The notes below the pieces were generated by a model that saw only the letters and a list, made by a program, of their open reading frames with translations, was not told the DNA's origin and searched no databases. From positions 11,814 through 75,813 of the forward strand of contig CAIKHN010000019.1 of the NCBI GenBank assembly GCA_903827265.1: a stretch of DNA of 64,000 bases, read 5' to 3'. Positions 58,082-64,000 of the stretch are shown piece after piece. The translations under genes and the position numbers were made by a program. Positions within the stretch are counted from its first letter, which is position 1. Each line of letters opens with the position of its first letter. This stretch comes from Candidatus Uhrbacteria bacterium (GTDB lineage Bacteria; Patescibacteriota; Patescibacteriia; UBA9934).

Positions 58082-58158
58082 TGGTAGGCTCACCTGGACT
58101 CGAACCAGGGACCACCGAGGTATAAGCTCGGCGCTCTAACCAACTGAGCTATGAGCCC
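58082..58158 (-). tRNA. tRNA-Ile (UAU)
   Basis: GGGCTCATAGCTCAGTTGGTTAGAGCGCCGAGCTTATACCTCGGTGGTCCCTGGTTCGAGTCCAGGTGAGCCTACCA; anticodon arm CCGAG-CT-TAT-AC-CTCGG. Confidence 0.93.
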
Positions 58159-58159
58159 A

Positions 58160-58281
58160 GAAAAACTATCCAAGTTTGTCGGCTGCGTTGTCGTGCCTCC
58201 GGTCCTCGCTCGACGTACCATGACGTACGCCTCGCTTTGGTCCTCGGCACTCCTAGCATCCGGCAAACTTAATAGTTTTTC
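58160..58281 (-). repeat. ~122-bp structured hairpin element abutting the tRNA-Ile 5' end
   Basis: Outer stem GAAAAACTAT..AAGTTTGTCGG/CCGGCAAACTT.ATAGTTTTTC; core shared with 57305-57429. Confidence 0.8.
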
Positions 58282-58372
58282 ATCGATTCGATGCCGGTAA
58301 TTCTACTCTGGTTAAAGCTTTCCCTCAAGTATAACGCTTTCAAAAAAGCGCGATCCATGCCATACTCCGGCC

Positions 58373-59305
58373 ATGAAAACCATCGAAATTCCAGGCATTG
58401 AACCAAAACGTCTCGACATCGCACTCGCGGAAGTCCTTGAATTGAGCCGTTCAAAGGCGCAAAAGATCATTGCCGATGGCCGAGTCCTGGTAAATGGAAC
58501 TGAAGCAAATGCCCATGAATTGGTATCTTCCGGATCAAAAGTAGAAGTCGCTGATCCAAAAGCGCCTATTATTGATCCGAACGCGAAACCGATCGCTCCC
58601 CTCAATATCCTCTACGAAGACGCCGACGTTCTCGTGGTGAACAAACCTGCTGGACTCCTCGTTCACCCGACCACTACAAGCAACGAACCAACACTACTCG
58701 ATCTTCTTCGCGCACACATTCCAGATCTCGATGCTGTTGGCGACGACACGGCGCGTGCCGGCATTGTGCACCGTCTGGACAAACTCGCGTCCGGCGTCGT
58801 TATTGTCGCGAAAACGCCTGAGGCTTTCGTTCACTTAAAAGCACAATTCGCGCAACGCCTCACCGAAAAGCGATACACCGCACTCGTCATGGGCAACGTC
58901 ACCGATGATTCCGGTACCATCACCTTCCCTATTGCCCGATCGCAATCCAACGCCCGAATGGCAGCACGACCAAGTTCGCAAGAAGGCAAAGACGCTATTA
59001 CACATTTCGACGTGCTCCATCGTTATGCAAGCGCAACACTTCTTGATGTTCGCATTGAAACCGGTCGAACACACCAGATTCGCGTGCACTTCTTCGCTCT
59101 CGGCCATCCAGTCGCCGGCGACGATCTCTACACTATCCGCGGCGTAAAGCAGATTCCTCTTGATCGGCTGTTCCTTCATGCTCGAGCACTCACCATCGAT
59201 CTTCCGAGTGGCGAACGCAAAACCTTTGAGGCTCCGTTGCCACCAGAGCTCGAACTCGCGCTCACAAAACTCGCAGAACCCCATCTCCAACGTACAGCTC
59301 GATAA
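58373..59305 (+). CDS. RluA/RluD-family pseudouridine synthase
   Basis: S4 domain RLD..LA..SRS, ILYED, NKPAGLLVHP, GIVHRLDK..SG, TGRTHQIRVH, LFLHA. Confidence 0.96.
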   Translation: MKTIEIPGIEPKRLDIALAEVLELSRSKAQKIIADGRVLVNGTEANAHELVSSGSKVEVADPKAPIIDPNAKPIAPLNILYEDADVLVVNKPAGLLVHPTTTSNEPTLLDLLRAHIPDLDAVGDDTARAGIVHRLDKLASGVVIVAKTPEAFVHLKAQFAQRLTEKRYTALVMGNVTDDSGTITFPIARSQSNARMAARPSSQEGKDAITHFDVLHRYASATLLDVRIETGRTHQIRVHFFALGHPVAGDDLYTIRGVKQIPLDRLFLHARALTIDLPSGERKTFEAPLPPELELALTKLAEPHLQRTAR

Positions 59306-59316
59306 CACGCGCTTCT

Positions 59317-59883
59317 ATGATTATTGCACTGTCGGGTGAACCCGGAGCAGGAAAATCAACCGTCAAAAATCTCCTGTCGAATCGCCTGCACTTGAAATCG
59401 TATTCCATGGGCGACCTTCGTGGAAAAATGGCGCTTACCCAGGGTATTACCATCGACGAGCTCAATGCGCGAGGCATGGACGACATTGCGTCTGACCGTG
59501 AAGTTGACGCGTTCCAAACGACCCTTGGAGAAACTGAGGACAACTTCATTATTGACGGCTGGCTGTCGTGGCACTTCATTCCCAACGCCTTCAAAGTGCA
59601 GCTCACCGTAGACCCAAAAATCGCCGCAGAACGCATTTTTGCGGCTCGATCGTTAGAATCAGACCGAAACGACGAGCCCCAATACGCCTCAGTGGCCGAA
59701 ACGCAAAGCATACTCGCGAAACGCGTGGAGCAAAACGAGGCACGATACCAGAAATGGTACGGTATTTCCCTTAAAAATGACGGAAAATACGATGTCGTCG
59801 TCGACACCACGCACCTCACCCCGGCCGAAGTTGCCGACGCTATCCTTGCGGCCATCCCCAAAAATCTTGACCCTCAGCCATAA
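59317..59883 (+). CDS. cmk: Cytidylate kinase, archaeal-type short family
   Basis: IALSGEPGAGKST, SMGDLR, DREVD, IIDG.L, RYQKWYGI, YDVVVDTT. Confidence 0.82.
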   Translation: MIIALSGEPGAGKSTVKNLLSNRLHLKSYSMGDLRGKMALTQGITIDELNARGMDDIASDREVDAFQTTLGETEDNFIIDGWLSWHFIPNAFKVQLTVDPKIAAERIFAARSLESDRNDEPQYASVAETQSILAKRVEQNEARYQKWYGISLKNDGKYDVVVDTTHLTPAEVADAILAAIPKNLDPQP

Positions 59884-59924
59884 TTCCGCTATCCTTTCGC
59901 AATCTTTAGGAACCCAACCGAACT

Positions 59925-60266
59925 ATGACCGACGCTATCGAAACCACCGACATCATGCCAACCGTCGAAACTGGCATGTTGATCCGTATTCATGAGAAAA
60001 TCCAAGACGTGAATGCAAAGGGCGAGCCACGCGAGCGCATCCAGATCTTTGAAGGTTTGGTAACTGGTACCCGCGGTGCCGGAGCATCAAAGTCGTTCGT
60101 TGTCCGCAAGGAAAGCAACGGATTCGGCGTTGAGAAGATTTTTCCAACCACATCGCCGGTTATCACCAAAATCGAAGTTGTGAAGCGCTACAAGGTCCGC
60201 AAGCGCAAGTTGAACTTCATGAAAGACTTCGGCCGCAAGTTGCGCGAACTCGTCGTCAAGAAATAA
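59925..60266 (+). CDS. rplS: 50S ribosomal protein L19
   Basis: RERIQIFEGLV, SFVVRKES.GFGVEKIFP..SP.I..IEVV. Confidence 0.96.
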   Translation: MTDAIETTDIMPTVETGMLIRIHEKIQDVNAKGEPRERIQIFEGLVTGTRGAGASKSFVVRKESNGFGVEKIFPTTSPVITKIEVVKRYKVRKRKLNFMKDFGRKLRELVVKK

Positions 60267-60280
60267 TCACCGTTCTTTCA

Positions 60281-60310
60281 AAGACGCCTCCGATTGTCGG
60301 AGGTGTTTTT
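60281..60310 (+). terminator. Terminator after rplS
   Basis: AAGACGCCTCCGA-TTG-TCGGAGGTGTTTTT. Confidence 0.75.
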
Positions 60311-60326
60311 GTATAATGAACGCATG

Positions 60327-61703
60327 TTATATCGCCGGTTCGCAACCGAACTCCGCGCTCTTATACTCACATCGAACCGGAGCGTCAGGATCAGAAGTCA
60401 GCACATCACTCCCAATTGAACATTTATCTTGATTACAGATCTCCTCGAGCAATGTCGCAGCTTTTTCGGACATGATCGACGCTGTTGTTCCACTATATCC
60501 AAATTGCAAATCATCGTACACATCACAACCAACCATCGTATCGCTTCCATCACGTGACTCTGCGGCCTTTGTTCGAAGACCGCTACAATTGAATCCTTGG
60601 TAGTCACTGGAAAGTGATCCGAGCCCAGTTCCTGCAGTGATACAACTCTGGATTGTCGCATCATATTCACAATACGTCTGATGCTCGCCGTTTGATCCTC
60701 CATCAAATTCCTGCATTGCACCACAGACAGAATCGGATGCGAGCGAACTCGGAATATCAAAGCACGATGTACACATTTTCTCGCCCTTTACCGACACACA
60801 CGATCGACCGTCATCACAGTATGTGTAATTACACACATCGCCGTCTTTCCACGATCCAAGAACGCCATCCTTGAGGTGGCCCGAATCCGTAATCGTTGCG
60901 GTCCCGCCACATACTGTTGTTCCTGGAGGGTTATTTGTTGTAACCCCGTACCCCGCTTCGTCATGAAGCGCTTCGCATGACGACGCAGCGTCAAGAAGCG
61001 TCACTTCGCGGATCATTGGAACTTTTAGCGCGTTAAACACCGTAAGACGTGGATCGATCAAATTGAGAATAACGAAGATACTCAAAAGGATGACGACACC
61101 GGTAATTGCGTTCGTAATGCGCGTTTTTGCCTTTTCGATGTATTTGCTCTTTCCACGCGAGAGGACGTATTGCAAACCGCCAAGCATCATCATGACCACC
61201 GCAATTAATGCTGCCGCTGGAAGAAGCCAGGTATAAACAATATTAATGTACGTTGGAAGATTTTCAATTTCCGTAATGCTTCCAATAGGAACATTCAGCG
61301 TATACGGCGCTTCGTCGGCATAACAATATTTCTGCTCTTTCAGACCTGTCTTCGTTTTTGTGCAGTCGTACGGCATCCCCACAGAGGTATCCCATGTTGC
61401 GTGAATCGTTGAACCGTGGCTATTTCCCGTCCATGCCTTACATTGCTCTTCAGTCCAACACTTCGGATTTTCCGTTGGATAAAACTGCTGATCCGTGAAG
61501 CATCCAACAAATTGCGTATTCGTGTCAGCACACGTTTGCTGACATTGCTCCCTACTCATTGCGTCTGCGTCTACCGAACCGCTTCCCTGCGATCCGCAAA
61601 AGCATTCGCACGTCGACGTCGACGCAAACGACACCTTTGGAGAAAAGGTGAAGAGCGCCACCAAGGCGACGAACACACAAAGACTACGTTTTACGCATTG
61701 CAT
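60327..61703 (-). CDS. TrbC/VirB2-like pilin-domain protein flanked by Cys-rich domains
   Basis: Signal peptide ending SFA; central YINIVYTW..IAVVMMMLGGLQYVLSRG..AKTRITNAITG..ILNLIDPRL pilin hairpin; many Cys on both sides. Confidence 0.8.
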   Translation of the reverse strand: MQCVKRSLCVFVALVALFTFSPKVSFASTSTCECFCGSQGSGSVDADAMSREQCQQTCADTNTQFVGCFTDQQFYPTENPKCWTEEQCKAWTGNSHGSTIHATWDTSVGMPYDCTKTKTGLKEQKYCYADEAPYTLNVPIGSITEIENLPTYINIVYTWLLPAAALIAVVMMMLGGLQYVLSRGKSKYIEKAKTRITNAITGVVILLSIFVILNLIDPRLTVFNALKVPMIREVTLLDAASSCEALHDEAGYGVTTNNPPGTTVCGGTATITDSGHLKDGVLGSWKDGDVCNYTYCDDGRSCVSVKGEKMCTSCFDIPSSLASDSVCGAMQEFDGGSNGEHQTYCEYDATIQSCITAGTGLGSLSSDYQGFNCSGLRTKAAESRDGSDTMVGCDVYDDLQFGYSGTTASIMSEKAATLLEEICNQDKCSIGSDVLTSDPDAPVRCEYKSAEFGCEPAI

Positions 61704-62460
61704 CGAGAATTTGGGTAAAGATCGTAAATGGAACAGATCCCTCAACTTTTTCTCCGTTAAAGAAGAACGTTGGCGTTCCAACCACACCAGCGGTTACACC
61801 GTCGGAACCGTCGGCAGCAACGTCATTCGCATAATACCCGCCATCAAGGCATCGACCGAACGCTTTCATATCGAGCCCGATTGACTCAGCAACAGCGTTC
61901 ACTGTTTCAACTCCAAGGACGTCATTCGTTGCGAACACTGCATCATGATACTCCCAAAACTTCCCTTGTTCGGCGGCGCAACCCCCAGCCTCGGCAGCGA
62001 TCGTCGCACCAGGATGCAAGTCTTCTAATGGAAAATTTCGGAAAATCACACGAACGTCATCGTGATATTGCTGAGCAATAGCGCGAACAATTGGTGCAAC
62101 TTCTTTAGAGTATGGACATCCGAAGTCAGCAAACTCTACGAGAGTGATTTTTGCACCTTTTGTCCCCAGGGACGGATCACTTGCGCCAATCAATGCTGCA
62201 GCGTCTGTATTCGTTGCTGCTTTTGTTGCAAATGCAGCAACCTTCCGCGTAAAGCTCGTGGTGGTGTATGCAAGCGCCGGATTAATGCTCCCACTACGGA
62301 TGTCCCGATAAAATCCAAACACCCGCCAAGAAAATGCCAGAACGACGCCGATCGCCAAAACAAAACCAACAAACCCAAGAATACGACTCGCCGACCACCA
62401 AGAATGCCTTGGAGGCTCTGGCGGCACCGGAAGCATGCTGATTTCTTCAGTCTCCTCCAT
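61684..62460 (-). CDS. DsbA family protein (CPYS active-site variant)
   Basis: TM anchor, EFADFGCPYS, FRNFPL, EQGKFWEYHD, GTPTFFFNG. Confidence 0.9.
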   Translation of the reverse strand: MEETEEISMLPVPPEPPRHSWWSASRILGFVGFVLAIGVVLAFSWRVFGFYRDIRSGSINPALAYTTTSFTRKVAAFATKAATNTDAAALIGASDPSLGTKGAKITLVEFADFGCPYSKEVAPIVRAIAQQYHDDVRVIFRNFPLEDLHPGATIAAEAGGCAAEQGKFWEYHDAVFATNDVLGVETVNAVAESIGLDMKAFGRCLDGGYYANDVAADGSDGVTAGVVGTPTFFFNGEKVEGSVPFTIFTQILDAMRKT

Positions 62461-62535
62461 ATATGCACGAATCATAGCATAATTTCATGGATCGATCTTT
62501 ACGGACCATCCCCAATTTGGTATGCTTCACGCACT

Positions 62536-62751
62536 ATGATTCTCGATATTCTCCAGGTGGTTCTTGCCATTCTTTTAACAGGTGCAATTTTACTTCAGGC
62601 TCGCGGAACAAACGTCGGACTCGCATTTGGCGGAGACGGAAGCTTCTACCGCACACGCCGCGGCATTGAGAAAAAATTGCATATCGCCACCGTTGTTATC
62701 GCAATTCTCTTCTTTGCGACTGCATTAACAAACAGTCTTTTCACGTTCTAG
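62536..62751 (+). CDS. secG: Preprotein translocase subunit SecG
   Basis: AILLQARG..GLAFGG...TRRGIEKKL..T. Confidence 0.93.
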   Translation: MILDILQVVLAILLTGAILLQARGTNVGLAFGGDGSFYRTRRGIEKKLHIATVVIAILFFATALTNSLFTF

Positions 62752-62830
62752 TCTCTCTCTTCATATTTCGCACTCTTTTTCCTCTATCCGTGCGCGGTGC
62801 TCTCGTTGGATCGCTTCGATCCGCTCTTTT

Positions 62831-64000
62831 GTGCAAACGCCAAAACGATCCTCGGCACGCAACGTCGCCGTCCAGCAAATCGTTCGTCTTCGTGGAGGTC
62901 AATTCCCTACATGGAAGCAATGGAAGGAACTACCGCGTTTTCTCTCAGCAAAAGAGCGGCAAACTTTCGGAATCGCTCTGCTTCTCTGTGTTCTCTCTGG
63001 CGCAACGCTCGGCGCACGACTTTGGCTTTCGCACGAAACAGTTCTTGCGGCAGTCGGAGGCTCGTACACAGAAGGAGCGCTCGGTGCTCCACAATATATC
63101 AACCCCCTTTACGCAACCGGCAGTGACGTCGATAGCGACTTAACTCGACTCGTTTTCTCTGGATTAATGCGATACGACGAGCATCATGCGCTCGTTCCAG
63201 ATCTTGCAACGAACTACGCAATTTCTGACGATCAAAAAACATACACATTCACCCTTCGCGACAACGCGCTATGGCATGACGACGAGCCGGTCACAAGCGC
63301 CGACGTCCTGTTCACCATGAATGCTATTCAAAATCCGGAATACCACAGTCCGCTCGCAGTAAGTTTTGCAGGATCGAGCGTTGAGACGCCGAACGATCAC
63401 ACCGTCGTTTTCACTCTTGAGGAACCGTTTGCTCCTTTTCTTGCCGCACTCACCGTCGGTATTCTTCCGGCACATTTATGGGAAGACGTTTCGCCACAAA
63501 ATGCTCCCTTGGCCCAGTTCAACATTAAACCTGTCGGCAGCGGTCCATTCATGTTCTCGAAGCTCGCAAAAGACAATAAAGGTTCACTACGAAGCTATAC
63601 GGTTCAGCGGAACGCAAAATTCTATCGCGGAACCGTGTACCTTAGTGATATCACACTCAAATTCTACAATTCGCTTCAGGAATTAACCGACGCTGTTCGA
63701 AACAAAAACGTCGAAGGAGCCTCAGTTCTTGCAGCTCAGGACGCACAAAGCCTGGCACATGACGGCGTTATTGCTCTTGGCTCACCGCAGCTTTCTCAGT
63801 TTACCGCAGCATTCTTTAATCAAAAGCAATCTGCTGCGCTTGCCGACGACAACGTCCGCCAAGCACTCGCCATTGCAACCGATCGAACGCTCGTCGCACA
63901 AACATCAGCCGGAGCCTACGCAACACCAATCGTTTCCCCTCTCCTGCCCGACATGCCTGGATATTCTGCCGTTACGATTCCTGGAGCAGACACCGAAGGC
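62831..64000 (+). CDS. Peptide ABC transporter substrate-binding protein (family 5), truncated by window end
   Basis: Absent from the ORF track. Manual translation: GGSYTEG..G.PQYINPL, LVFSGLMRYD, YTFTLRDNALWHDDEPVTSADVLFT, PVGSGPF; frame open at 64000; GTG start uncertain. Confidence 0.88.
   Translation, partial: MQTPKRSSARNVAVQQIVRLRGGQFPTWKQWKELPRFLSAKERQTFGIALLLCVLSGATLGARLWLSHETVLAAVGGSYTEGALGAPQYINPLYATGSDVDSDLTRLVFSGLMRYDEHHALVPDLATNYAISDDQKTYTFTLRDNALWHDDEPVTSADVLFTMNAIQNPEYHSPLAVSFAGSSVETPNDHTVVFTLEEPFAPFLAALTVGILPAHLWEDVSPQNAPLAQFNIKPVGSGPFMFSKLAKDNKGSLRSYTVQRNAKFYRGTVYLSDITLKFYNSLQELTDAVRNKNVEGASVLAAQDAQSLAHDGVIALGSPQLSQFTAAFFNQKQSAALADDNVRQALAIATDRTLVAQTSAGAYATPIVSPLLPDMPGYSAVTIPGADTEG

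Noticed and set aside
57484-58125. 213-aa + strand ORF
   Set aside because: Antisense to two hydrophobic ORFs and overlaps tRNA-Ile; its K/R/H-rich composition is typical of a shadow frame.
62790-63686. Short ORFs suggesting a fragmented gene at the window end
   Set aside because: They are alternative frames. The substrate-binding protein frame from 62831 reads open in spot checks through 64000.

Overview
A core-chromosome segment of a Patescibacteria/CPR bacterium. The lineage is inferred from gene content and style and resembles Parcubacteria of the Uhrbacteria/Magasanikbacteria type; no database check was possible. It carries many housekeeping genes (dprA, topA, relA/spoT, parAB, glyQS, rsmA, prfB, groESL, yidC, nusA, argS, tyrS, valS, RluA-family, cmk, rplS, secG) and five tRNAs, including an unusual tRNA-Ile(UAU). 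Surface genes include a VirB6/TrbL-like membrane protein, a 2936-aa Cys-rich exported protein, a VirB2/TrbC-like pilin fusion, two DsbA proteins and VKOR. There are no CRISPR arrays, rRNAs, integrases or transposases. The most unusual signals are: (1) two ~120-bp hairpins with a conserved core and different outer stems, each abutting the 5' end of a tRNA; (2) an array of three orphan paralogs in promoter-SD-gene-terminator units, facing an unannotated 27-aa peptide gene; (3) a palindromic repeat inserted in-frame twice in valS; (4) two other repeat pairs that each bracket a single gene; (5) a ~90-aa Zn-ribbon-like insertion in TyrRS; (6) a contrast between near-leaderless native genes and GC-rich, SD-led accessory genes.
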